Positions 23,413 through 34,499 of a stretch of DNA of 64,000 bases are shown piece after piece (position 1 is the first letter of the stretch; each line of letters begins with the position of its first letter). The stretch comes from Squalus acanthias (lineage: Eukaryota): assembly GCA_030390025.1 (NCBI GenBank), contig CM059432.1, positions 33,668,001-33,732,000 of the forward strand. Direction: 5' to 3'. The notes below the pieces were generated by a model. That model worked only from the letters and a program-made list of their open reading frames with translations. It was not told the DNA's origin and did not search any database. Both the position numbers and the translations under genes were made by a program.

Positions 23413-25894
23413 ATTCTCTTTGCCAGAAAAGTAATGAGGTACAGCAACTAAAGTAGCAACAAAGTTAGGATGAACTAGGCCAAACTACCTCACAAAGCGT
23501 TGAGTCAATGTAGAAGTCTCTCTCTCTCTCTCTCCGAATCTCTCTCTCTCTCTCAGAACGAGTGGTGCATAAATGTCGACCACAGAAAAAGACATGAAGA
23601 GGCCCCCTTTAAATAGCGCCCCCCCCAGCCCCACACCGATTGATAACGTTCCAGTCTTCCGGTCGTTGGAAGCGCCAGGCGGTAAGGCAGGGGGCGCCAC
23701 TCAATTTCCGCTCCGGGGCGCCCCAAGGGCGTTGCACCATGGAATGACGTCACAATCTGCGCGCGCAGGTGGTCGCAGCGGTAAGTTTTAGCGCCGCCGC
23801 ACAATCTCAAGTTAAGTTCTCGAGCGGCGCAAACAGCGCTGTGCCCGGGCGTTAGCGGCTTAACGCCCCATTAGCGCCCTCTTAAGGCGCTAACGGGAGG
23901 CGAAACCAAGTGAATTTTTACCCCTATAAGTCTGTGTCACTGTACTGTATGAGGCTGTGTCTCTGGACTGTATGAGGCTGTGTCTCTGGACTTTATGAGA
24001 TTGTGTCTCTGGACTATATGAGTCTGTCTCTCTGGACTGTATGAGGCTGTGTCTCTTCTCTGTATGAGGCTCTGTATCTGGACTGTATGAGGCTGTGTAT
24101 CTGGACTGTTTGAGGCTGAGTGCTTGGGCTGTATGAGGCTGTGTCTCTGGACTGTATGAGCGTGTGTCTCTGGACTGTATGAATCTGTGTATCTGGACTA
24201 TATGAGGCTGTCTCTCTGGACTATATGAGGCTGTGTCCCTGGACTGAATGAGGCTGTGTCCCTGGACTATATGAGGCTGTCTCTCTGGACTATATGAGGC
24301 TGTCTCTCTGGACTGTATGAGGCTGTGTCTCTTCTCTGTATGAGGCTCTGTCTCTGGACTGTATGCGGCTGTGTCTCTGGACTGTATGAGGCTGTGTCTC
24401 TGGACTATATGAGGCTGTGTCTCTGGACTGTATGTGGCTGTGTCTCTGGACTGTATGAGGCTGTGTCGTTGGGCTGTATGAGGCTGTGTCTCTGGACTGT
24501 ATGAGGCTGTGTCTCTTGACTGTATGAGACTGTGTCTCTGGACTGTATGAGGTTGTGTCTCTGGACTGTATGAGGCTCTGTCTCTGGACTGTATGAGGCT
24601 GTGTCTCCCGGCTTTATGAGGCTGTGTCCTTGGGCTGTATTAGATTTTGTCTCTGGACTGTAATAGGCTGTGTCCCTGGACTGTGTTGTAAGGCTGTGTC
24701 TCTGGACTGTATGAGGCTGTCTCTGGACTGTATGAGGCTTTGTCTCTGGACTGTCTGTGGCTGTGTCTCTGGACTGTATGAATCTGTGTATCTGGACTGT
24801 CTGAGTCTGTGTCCCTGGATTGTATGAGGCTGTGTCCCTGGACTGTATGAGGCTGTGTCCCTGGACTGTATGAGGCTGTCTCTCTGGACTATCTGAGGCT
24901 GTGTCCCTGGACTGTATGAGGCTGTGTCCCTGGACTGTATGAGGCTGTGTCTCTGGACTGTATGAGGCTGTCTCTCTGGACTATCTGAGGCTGTGTCCCT
25001 GGACTGTATGAGGCTGTGTCCCTGGACTGTATGAGTCTGTCTCCCTGGATTGTATGAGGCTGTGTCCCTGGACTGTATGAGGCTGTGTCCCTGGACTGTA
25101 TGAGGCTGTCTCTCTGGACTATCTGAGGCTGTGTCCCTGGACTGTATGAGGCTGTCTCCCTGGATTGTATGAGGCTGTGTCCCTGGACTGTATGAGGCTG
25201 TCTCTCTGGACTATCTGAGGCTGTGTCCCTGGACTGTATGAGGCTGTGTCCCTGGACTGTATGAGGCTGTGTCTCTGGACTGTATGAGTCTGTGTCTCTG
25301 TACTGTATGAGTCTGTGTCTCTGGACTGTATGAGGCTGTGTCTCTGGACTGTATGAGTCTGTGTCTCTGGACTGTCTGAGATTGTGTCTCTGGACTGTAT
25401 GAGGCTGTGTCTCTGGACTTTATGAGATTGTGTCTCTGGACTGTATGAGGCTGTGTATCTGGACGGTATGAGGCTGTGTCACTGGACTGTGTTGTAATTC
25501 TGTCTCTGGACAGTATGAGACTGTGTCTCTGGACAGTATGAGATTGTGTCTCTGGACTGTATGTGGCTGTGTCTTTGGGCTGTATGAGGCTGTGTCTTTG
25601 GGCTGTATGAGGCTGTGTCTCTGGACTGTATGAGGCTGTGTCTTTGGGCTGTATGAGGCTCTATCTCTGTACTGTATGAGGCTCTGTCTCTGTACTGTAT
25701 GAGGCTGTGTCTCCCGACTTTATGAGGCTGTGTCCTTGGGCTGTATTAGATTTTGTCTCTGGACTGTAATAGGCTGTGTCCCTGGACTGTGTTGTAAGGC
25801 TGTGTCTCTGGACTGTATGAGGCTGTTTATCTGGACTGTATGATGCTGTCTCTGGACTGTATGAGGCTGTGTATCTGGACTGTATGAGGCTGTG

Positions 25895-26308
25895 TGCGCC
25901 TCCCGTTAGCGCCTTAAGAGGGCGCTAATGGGGCGTAAAGCAGCTAACGCTCGGGCGCAGCGCCGCCCACGCCTCCCGAAAAATTTAGTGGGAGGTTAGC
26001 GGCGGCGGCAGCCGGTAGCGCCCTGTGGCGCTGCGCCGCCGGCGATGACGTCATCTCCGTGCGCAGCACCCCGCTCGCGCCCCGGCCGTGATCTTCAGTC
26101 GCGCCCCCTGATTTACCGCCAGACGCTATGTCCGACGGGTTCAGGGAGGCGTACGTGCGGCCGGGGCGGCGATATTTAAAGGGGAGGTGGCAGGCGGCCA
26201 TTTTTGTTGCTGGCCGCCCGCCAGCACCTGCCCCCGGCCCCCGTGAAGCCCCCCCACCGTGAAGTGCCGGCTGCCGCTAATTATCGCCACTGACTGGAAA
26301 CTTCAGTG
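25895..26308 (+). mobile_element. Truncated, rearranged Harbinger MITE remnant at the satellite A/B junction
   Basis: 25895-26275 is the reverse complement of ~43770-44161 but lacks the terminal ~20 nt. It is followed by CTAATTATCGCCACTGACTGGAAACTTCA, which resembles the opposite subterminal (compare 8664-8692). Confidence 0.85.
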
Positions 26309-27882
26309 TCCCTGGGCTGCAGGGGTCAGTGTCCCTGGGCTGCAGGGGTCAGTTTCCCTGGGCTGCAGGGCTCAGTGTCCCTGGGCTACAGGGGTCATTT
26401 TCCCTGGGCTGCAGGGGTCAGTGTCCTTGGGCTGCAGGGGTCAGTGTTCCTGGGCTGCAGGGCTCAGTGTCCCTGGGCTGCAGGGGTCAGTTTCCCTGGG
26501 CTGCAGGGGTCAGTGTACCTGGGCTGCAGGTGTCAGTTTCCCTGGGCTGCAGGGCTCAGTGTCCCTGGGCTGCACAGGTCTGTGTCCCTGGGCTGCACAG
26601 GTCAGTGTCCCTGGGCTGCACAGGTTTGTGTCCCTGGGCTGCAGGGGTCAGTTTCCCTGGGCTGCAGTGCTCAGTGTCCCTGGGCTGCAGGGGTCAGTTT
26701 CCCTGGGCTGCAGGGGTCAGTGTCTCCAGGCTGCATAGGTCAGTGTCCCTGGGCTGCAGGGCTCAGTGTCCCTGGGCTGCAGTGCTCAGTGTCCCTGGGC
26801 TGCAGGGCTCAGTGTCTCCAGGCTGCACAGGTCAGTGTCCCTGGGCTGCAGGGGTCAGTGTCCCTGGGCTGCACAGGTCTGTGTCCCTGGGCTGCAGGGG
26901 TCAGTTTCCCTGGGCTGCAGGGGTCAGTGTCTCCAGGCTGCACAGGTCAGTGTCCCTGGGCTGCATAGGTCAGTGTCCCTGGGCTGCACAGGTCTGTGTC
27001 CCTGGGCTGCAGGGGTCAGTTTCCCTGGGCTGCAGGGGTCAGTGTCTCCAGGCTGCACAGGTCAGTGTCCCTGGGCTGCAGGGGTCAGTTTCCCTGGGCT
27101 GCAGGGGTCAGTGTCTCCAGGCTGCACAGGTCAGTGTCCCTGGGCTGCAGGGGTCAGTTTCCCTGGGCTGCAGGGGTCAGTGTCTCCAGGCTGCACAGGT
27201 CAGTGTCCCTGGGCTGCAGTGCTCAGTGTCCCTGGGCTGCAGGGCTCAGTGTCTCCAGGCTGCACAGGTCAGTGTCCCTAGGCTGCAGAGGTCAGTGTCT
27301 CTAGGCTGCAGGGGTCAGTGTCCCTGGGCTGCAGGTCTCAGTGTCCCTGGTCTGCAGGGGTCAGTTTCCCTGGGCTGCAGGGGTCAGTGTCTCTAGGCTG
27401 CAGGGGTCAGTGTCCCTCGGCTGCAGTGCTCAGTGTCCCTGGTCTGCAGGGGTCAGTGTCCCTGGGCTGCAGGGGTCAGTGTCCCTGGGCTGCAGGGGTC
27501 AGTGTCCCTGGTCTGCAGGGCTCAGTTTCCCTGGGCTGCAGGGGTCAGTGTCTCTAGGCTGCAGGGGTCAGTGTCCCTGGGCTGCAGTGCTCAGTGTCCC
27601 TGGGCTGCAGGGGTCAGTTTCCCTGGGCTGCAGGGGTCAGTGTCTCTAGGCTGCAGGGGTCAGTGTCCCTGGGCTGCAGTGCTCAGTGTCCCTGGGCTGC
27701 AGGGGTCAGTGTCTCTAGGCTGCAGGGGTCAGTGTCCCTGGGCTGCAGTGCTCAGTGTCCCTGGGCTGCAGGGGTCAGTGTCTCTAGGCTGCAGGGGTCA
27801 GTGTCCCTGGGCTGCAGTGCTCAGTGTCCCTGGGCTGCAGGGGTCAGTGTCTCTAGGCTGCAGAGGTCAGTGTCCCTGGGCT
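26303..27882. repeat. 23-bp tandem satellite B (GGGCTGCAGGGGTCAGTGTCCCT)
   Basis: Visible 23-nt period. Aligns without gaps to satellite A at 16/23 positions. Confidence 0.96.
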
Positions 27883-28194
27883 CAATGGTTCCTAGTTCTT
27901 TGGCTGCAGGATTTTCCATCCCAAGAGTGCAGGATGCTTGGTTCCTTGGCTGCCTCTGTCTGTGGGATTATTACAGCTTTGACCTCAGCTTGGCTAACAC
28001 TCGGTCTATGAGCGATACGAGTGTCCAAAATCCCTTCTATAAAAGCAAAAATCAGGCAGTCTGTTTTTCTCACCATAGCGGGTGAAATGGCGTCACCGTC
28101 ACACAAACGAAGTTTACAGGCTCAGCACCACCCTTTCCTTGGAGTCTTGTTTTGAGGTAAAACCTCTATCTGCCCCAAACCTGTGTCAATCTGG

Positions 28195-28419
28195 TCATGA
28201 TGCGGAGATGCCGGTGTTGGACTGGGGTGGACAAAAATGAGAAGTCGCACAACACCAAGTTATAGTCCAACAGTTTTATTTAAAATTACGAGCTTTCGGA
28301 GCTGCTGCCCCTTCATCGGGTACCTTTACCTGACGAAGGGGCAGCAGCTCCGAAAGCTCGTAATTTTAAATAAAACTGTTGGACTATAACCTGGTGTTGT
28401 GCGACTTCTCATTTGTGTC
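28195..28419. mobile_element. Penelope-like element termini in inverted (palindromic) arrangement
   Basis: ~93-bp inverted arms at 28230-28322 and 28327-28419. Contains the CTGACGA..GAAA core and AATAAA. Same family as 49726-49938. Confidence 0.75.
28330..28360 (+). ncRNA. Minimal hammerhead-ribozyme-like motif (Penelope type)
   Basis: CTGACGA-A-GGGGC-AGCA-GCTCC-GAAA-GCTC: conserved core boxes around stem II, with a palindromic AGCT stem-III remnant. Confidence 0.6.
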
Positions 28420-28488
28420 AAAGTGGGCATGGCTGGGAGGGGAAGGGACTCCCCAGCCAGGAGCTGCCCTTGAAGTATCAGCCATGGA

Positions 28489-29120
28489 TCAGTGGTAGCA
28501 CTCTTGCCTGAGTCAAAAAATTGTGGGTTCAAGTACCACGCCAGAGACTTGAGCGCATAATCCAGGCTGACGCTTCAGGGCAATACTGAAGGAGTGCTGC
28601 TGTGATTAGACAGTGAATATTGACAGACCTTTTGACCATGGAGGGAATGGGGGAGGGAGCCAATGCATTACATCACAATGTAGCATGACTCAGTCCTCAC
28701 CCAACGTCCACACACCTGCAGTTGCAGCAGAGCTCAGAGACTTGACTTTCTCTGATGCTGAACTAGGAGCTCTGAGGCCAAGCTCAATGACTCTAGCACC
28801 CCAGCTGAGATCGGATTACTCAACACAGACCAATGATTGATGCCAGTGCCTTCTCATTCTTTCTAGCTTCATTACTCAACTGACCTCTCCGGCTGAGCCA
28901 TTTTGGAGGCTGTATTTGCTGTGCTTGGCCTTGCCTCAGTGGTAGCACTCTCTCCACTGAGTCAGAAGATTGTGGGTTCAAGCTCTACTCCAGAGACTTG
29001 AAAATATAATCCAGGCTGACACTTCAGTACAGTACTGAGTGCCGTGCCTCAGATGAAATGTTAAACCGAAGCCCTGTCTGCAATCTCATGTGGTTGTAAA
29101 AGATCCCATGGCACTATTAA
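28489..29120 (+). mobile_element. Two partial tRNA-derived DeuSINE-like (SacSINE1/AmnSINE1-type) copies, ~28489-28600 and ~28935-29120
   Basis: TCAGTGGTAGCACTCT (A box) and GGGTTCAAG (B box), followed by CCAGAGACTTGA..CAGGCTGAC..AGATCCCATGGCACTA, which is shared with several other copies in the window. Confidence 0.7.
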
Positions 29121-29293
29121 AGAATCACAGAATCACAGAATCCCCACAGTGCAGATAGAGGCCATTTTGGCCCATCGAGCCTGCACCGACACATATCCCA
29201 CCCTATCCCCATAACCCCACGTATTTAATCCCCCTAACACTAAGGGTCAATTTATCATAGCCAAATCAACCTAACCCGCACATCTTTGGACTG
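29121..29293 (-). mobile_element. V-SINE/HE1-like SINE 3' portion
   Basis: (AGAATCAC)n tail, CR1-type GGCCATT..GGCCCATCGAG end, and CAACCTAACCCGCACATCTTTGGACT core. Confidence 0.6.
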
Positions 29294-29840
29294 AGAAAAA
29301 GAAAGACTTGCATTTATATAGCACAATTTGGATGTCTCAAAGTGCTTTGTGCACAGCAAGGTCCCACAAACAGCAATGTGATAATGACCAGATATTGGCC
29401 ACGAAATTCGGCTCCATAGCGCCTGGTTTTTCTGCACTACGGGAGCCGTTTTGTGCCCAAAATGGCGTCCACGCCGCTCGCGCACACTTCTGGTGCGGGC
29501 CGCACCGGATGCCTTTTTGGTGAGGTCACTAGCGCGGGCGCTGGGAGCATGCGCTGGAACTATGCAGAATACGCAGACCGTGACGTCAGTCAGCGTGTAA
29601 TGCTGATTTGATGCCAGCGGTGCCATTTTCGACCTCAACGCTGCAACCAATGCCCTCTCTTAAACACGCAGAGCTGAACATGCGTTCAGCAGCAGGAAGG
29701 TCCCCGCTATTTCTACAGATTCTTGGTGAGTCTGTAGAGGTGTTTCTTGGTTTGGTGTCTTATTTGAAGTTGCTGAAGTGTTCAGGGAGAGGTGTGGCAG
29801 GTTTCTTCAAGGCTTCTGCTCTGACCAGTTGCTCCCAGAC

Positions 29841-30706
29841 ATGGGTGCTGTAGTTTGTATCCTCCTTGGCCTGCAGCATGATAGGGAGAATGAGCAGAGG
29901 CGACACAGAGGAGAACAAGCTGCTGGAAGAGGGAGGAGAGGGAGAAGGGCTCTCAGCAGGAGGCCATATCCACCCAGGGTCTTCAGGGAGCAATTCTCCT
30001 ACCTCAACCTCAGCGAGGAACAGTACATGCGACATCTCCACTTCACTAAGGAGGTGCTCACCGAAATCTTCCACCTGCTGCAGGCAGACCTGCAGCCTCA
30101 GAGCAGGGCAAGGGCGGCATTGCCAGTGGCTGTGAAGGTGAGCGTGGCCATGAATTTTTATGCGTCGGGCTCCTTCCAGGCTGGAGCAGGCGATATTTGC
30201 AACATCTCACAGTTCGCCATTCACCGTTGCATAAGGGAGGTCACTGAGGCTCTGTATGCAAAGAGAGGTGAATACATTTCATTTTCTCTTGCCAGAGAGA
30301 AGGAGGTGGGGCAAACCAGAGGGTGGCTACTGGGCGTCAAGGTCTATCCGCTGACCACCTGGCTCATGACAACCCAACCACACGTGGGCAGCATGCATAT
30401 AACAAAGGCCATGGGGCCACACAGAATCTGATAGAGCAGACCATTGGCATCTTTAAACAATGCTTCCGCTGCCTGGACCACTTTGGTGTAGCCCTGCAGT
30501 ACTCGCCAGAGCACGTCTTAAGATTCGTCGTGGTCTGCTGCATGCTGCACAACCTCGCCATCATGAGGGCACAGCCCTTACCACCAGGTATACGGTGAAG
30601 AGCGGAGGAAGAGGAGAAGGAGGAGGAGGAAGGGAGGAGGCAACCAACACAGTCCTATTCTGGCCAGGCTCTCCGTGATCAACTGATCCGACTGCGGTAC
30701 CAGTGA
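29841..30706 (+). pseudogene. Harbinger transposase pseudogene with internal deletion of the catalytic core and frameshifts
   Basis: YPPRVFREQFSY..AMNFYASGSFQ..SLAREKE joins directly to GWLLG, so GAIDCTH/HDA are missing. Later FRCLDH..CCMLHNLAIMR and LRDQLIRLRYQ*. Confidence 0.9.
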
Positions 30707-30831
30707 ACGCAACCCCAATTCCCCATTCACCCACAGTCCCACGCCTTACCTTCCCTGTTACGGACCATCATAGCATCCTCCATTCCAAACCAACTTTATA
30801 CATCAATCCATCCAATATTACATAACAAAGT

Positions 30832-32457
30832 TGTAAGGGATACTCTCCTGACCCTGCGTGTCTCGTAACCTGTGAGGTTCACGCGGCTCTGTGCAGCCTG
30901 TATGTCAGTGCGGGTCTAGGCCTGGTCTCCAGCCAGTCTGGGAACACTAGACACCCCTGTGAGTGGTTCGAATCACTCTCCCTTACGGTTCTAGACACTG
31001 GACTTAGATGCGAGAGCAGTAATGGAGATAAAACTCATGTAGACTTGGTTTGAACGGTACGAAATGGAAAATCTTTATTGCATGATACTGAAAATTATGA
31101 AATACATGTCATATGCACAGATTAATGACAGTACAATCTTACAAACAGTTATAATCACTCTTAGGGAAACGAGGAACGACCAGCACAACGTAAATAGGGC
31201 ACACATTACAAATATCCTTAATCTTTAAAACCCTCCCCTATTAATGTCTATCCTAAAACTAGCTTCGTAGGATCCCGAGACTCATGCTCACCACTCGTAA
31301 TAACTCGGAGAAATCCCGAATAGCTGATCGGATGTTTTTCACCGCAGCACCCACGTGTTGGTCAGGAGATCTCCTGGTCCCACTTGTTTACTGCTTCTGC
31401 TGCTCGGTCAGTCGGCTGGACCGTCCGCTGTAGTGAAGACCTCTGTTGGTTGGATACAGGGTATGGTGGAGCACCGTTGTCAATATCGCTGACACGATGT
31501 GTTTGCACAGTCCAGTTATCGTCGATGCAATATGTCTTGTTAAAGAAGAAAACTTCCTGTCGAGAAGACTTGGCTGATCGACCTACAGGCGCGGTCGGGA
31601 TTTACTGACCGTGGCGATGGATAAGGTCTTCTTCTCTTCTCCTCTCATCTCATCTCATCTCATCTCATCTCATCCCGGGCCTTCGGTTCCGCTGCCAGCT
31701 ACCAACATAGGTCTTTGCAACAGTCTTTTACCCAGGAGCAGCCACGAGGTTACGAATCGACCGGATAAAACACAGGAGCAGCCACGATGATAACAGCAGC
31801 AAGCGGCAAGAGTCAAGAGCAAAAGAGCAAGAGAGCGAATGGACGGTTTGGGCCTGCAATTATAGTGCACAGTTCTTCCGTTTCCCGCCCAACTACAATG
31901 TCCATTCTTTTGTTTAAGGTTTGGCGCCCAAAAAATGTCCTGTATGGGTGATCTCTGTCCTTAATGGGTTTCGGGGCTACTCCTGAATGTTTGAGTACCT
32001 GTTAATATTTCTCCCATTGTTAAATCGGTCGGTGTTCCCCCTGGAGGGGTTTGGGGCTTCCAAGTGTCCTGTATAACTACCTGCTAACGGCTCTCTCATC
32101 GTAGAGCCGTTGGGAGTTTACATACTAATGTCCTTTGGATGGGCCCTTGATGGCTTTCCTTTGTACCTGGGAGACTGATTCCAGTATCGATGTTTATACT
32201 GTAAACCCATAATGTCCTGTGTATTGTCTTCACTGTGCTGAATCGTTATCGATCTTGCAAGAATGTTTATTGGAACGCCATCTTGTCTGCCTGCCGAAAA
32301 GTCTAGAATGTTCTGTCACGAGGTGCGGCGGCCATTTTACAGGCTGCTTGTGTCCAATTTAAACCTGACAGCATTCCGCTGAAATAAAAGCTGTTTTGAA
32401 CGAAACTTTGTGTTTTCTCCTTATTAAAATGAAATCGCGATAATTGCGAATTCTACA
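30832..32457 (-). mobile_element. Solo LTR (1626 bp) inserted between the two genes of the second Harbinger
   Basis: TGTA...TACA termini with a 4-bp TSD AAGT (30828-30831, 32458-32461). Minus-strand GGGCGG, CGGAAG and TATAA near 31860-31892, and AATAAA at 31074-31079. Confidence 0.82.
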
Positions 32458-32499
32458 AAGTCAACTAATCACCCTTGTGCATTCCTTTAGTGCCTGTCT

Positions 32500-34499
32500 T
32501 CTGTGTGCCTTTTCTTGTCCTAGTGCTCCTACGCAGTGCTACCCCAGTAGCTGCAGCATGGCTGGTGGAAGGCTGCTGACTTTCAGTGGGGGAGACTGCA
32601 GATGGCCTTGCAGGATGACCTCAAGTATCTCTGGGCCTAGAAGGCCCGGCTTCAGATTGCACCACCATGGACAGCAGCAGTTTGGGCTGGATGGCTGACA
32701 GGCAACAGCAAGGGCACTGGCGGAGTGGCAGTGGTGGGAGAATGAACTATGTCATCCTGAGAGAGGACAGCAGGTTCGTGTTCCACGGAGTCACTGCCAC
32801 TCCCCCGTGGTGGCGCCTCAGCAATCTTAGTAATCTGTTGGAGGACAAATTGTTGGACTGCTGTGACACCCTGCAAGCTCCTTTCAACACTGGTAACCAC
32901 AGCCATGATGGCAGCAGTCTGTGCTTGCATGGCAACAAGCTGAGCTTACATGACTTCAGTCTGAGCTTCCACTGCAGCACTCAGCCGTTGTGTGGCTTCT
33001 CCTTGTGTTGCAATGGAAGCTGAGACATCGGCCATCAGGCGCTGCATTGGTTGGGTCCACAAGTGCGCTAATGTAATTTTCCATCACTTCCACGCTGGAA
33101 AGGATGGGCTAGAAGCTCTGCGCAAAGCCCTGTGCAAGGTTGGTGCCGGACTCCTCCATGCTCCCTGACTCCATGCCGGGAGATCGGGCGGGAAAGTGGA
33201 GTTGAAGTCGATGATCAGCCATGATCTTATTGAATGGCGGAGCAGGCTCGAGGGGCCATAAGGCCTACTCCTGCTCTTATTTCTTATGTTCTTATGATCT
33301 TATGTTGACATTGCATTCAGGCTTTCTGGCAGGCCTGCCAATGCACCAAGCATTTCATTGTGCATAACCATCAGCCTTCTTCTGTAGGCCGCCCCATCGA
33401 AGTCCTCATCTGAGTCCTGTGCAGCAGAACTCGTGTGCGACCTCGTCCTCTGGGAAGCTGGCACCTGCGTTACCCTTTCCCCCTGCCGCGGCTGCAGGCC
33501 ACTCGTGCCTGGTGTCTCATCGTGTACCGATCCCGCGCCTAACCTATTCTCTAAAGTACCCGGAGTGTCAGTATCTGAGCTGGTGGATGCCAGTGTGAAA
33601 TCAAGTGACGGTGCATCTTCTGCATCACTTCCTGCTCCTCCACCACTGCCTGGCCAGGTTGCAGTTCTTGGCTATCTGAAAGGAGAAAGGCACAAGGGTA
33701 GGGTTGCAGTGAGGGGAGGGGGGAGGCGGGAAAGCAGGAGGTGCATGCTTACACCATCTGCAGCTTGTAAATCAGAAGAGATTGAGGGATGAGGGGGAAG
33801 TGGGATGTGAGAAGGATGATTAGGTATGAGGATCTTGGATTGTTTCAGCCCCGCCGGTGGCCATGGGCTCAGCTCCAATTATCTCCAGCACCGTCTCCTC
33901 CATGGGGGGTGTTAGGTCATGCAGGCGTTCCTGTCTCCCTGTGGGTAGCCCCTGCTGCTTCCGGTTATGAGCCACGTCGTCCTGCAAGAGAAAGGGAAGT
34001 GTGTCAGTGAGTGTGGTACAATGTGTTTGGGTAATGTGCCTGTCATGGTTGAATAGCTGGCAGTGCTTTCCAGCTGTGAGATGTGGGTGTGAGGCTTGCT
34101 GCATTGGTAAGTGTGTGAGGGTGAAGTGAAGCTATGAATGTTAGGTATGAGGCATGTTTGATAGAGAGATTGTTGGTAGGTGAGTGATGGGGGAGTGGTG
34201 CATTGAGCAGTGTGTGAGGCTAGTGGTGCAGATGTTGGGATATGGCATTTGATGATGAATTCACTGACCTTGACCACTCGTGTGAGGTCATTAAACTTCT
34301 TCTTGCACCGCATCCAGGTCCTTGGGGCTACACTGCTTGCATTGACAGCGACGGTTATCTGCTCCCATTCCCTTCTCAGTGTGTGTCTGGAGGGCCTCCT
34401 GGTGCCCTGTGGACACAGGACACCTCTCCTCTGATCCACCTCCTGCACCAGGGCATCGAGTGCTGCATCGAAAATCTGGGAGCCCTCTCTCTCTGCCAT
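32500..34499 (-). pseudogene. Myb/SANT-like gene remnant of the second Harbinger family (3 exons, frameshifted, with a CR1 3' tail inserted at ~33171-33305)
   Basis: DAALDALVQEVDQRR..WEQI..V..RTWMRCKKKFNDLTRVVK then GTCAGT donor. Exon-2 VAHNRKQQ and exon-3 QQFVLQQI..PRGSGS..AVLSQDD are homologous to A1. Confidence 0.85.

Larger units (their letters stand above)
19776..23924 (-). mobile_element. Autonomous-type Harbinger copy A3 (4149 bp)
   Basis: Perfect TIRs GGGGTAGAAATT / AATTTTTACCCC, with TAT TSD at 19773-19775 and 23925-23927. Confidence 0.96.
1..25894. repeat. 23-bp tandem satellite/minisatellite A (consensus GGACTGTATGAGGCTGTGTCTCT) with higher-order duplications, interrupted by five Harbinger insertions
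   Basis: 23-nt period is directly visible. Variant-monomer blocks recur, e.g. 1169-~2050 matches 7190-~8070 at offset 6021, and ~2030-3070 is repeated at offset 1043. The array runs off the left edge of the window. Confidence 0.97.

Noticed and set aside
1..25894. CRISPR-like array impression (short repeats next to nuclease genes)
   Set aside because: Repeats are head-to-tail with no unique spacers, the nuclease is a eukaryotic Harbinger DDE transposase, and there are no cas motifs.
26259..28085. Cys/Gly-rich ORFs (SLGCRGQCPWAAG..)
   Set aside because: Translations of satellite B in all frames.
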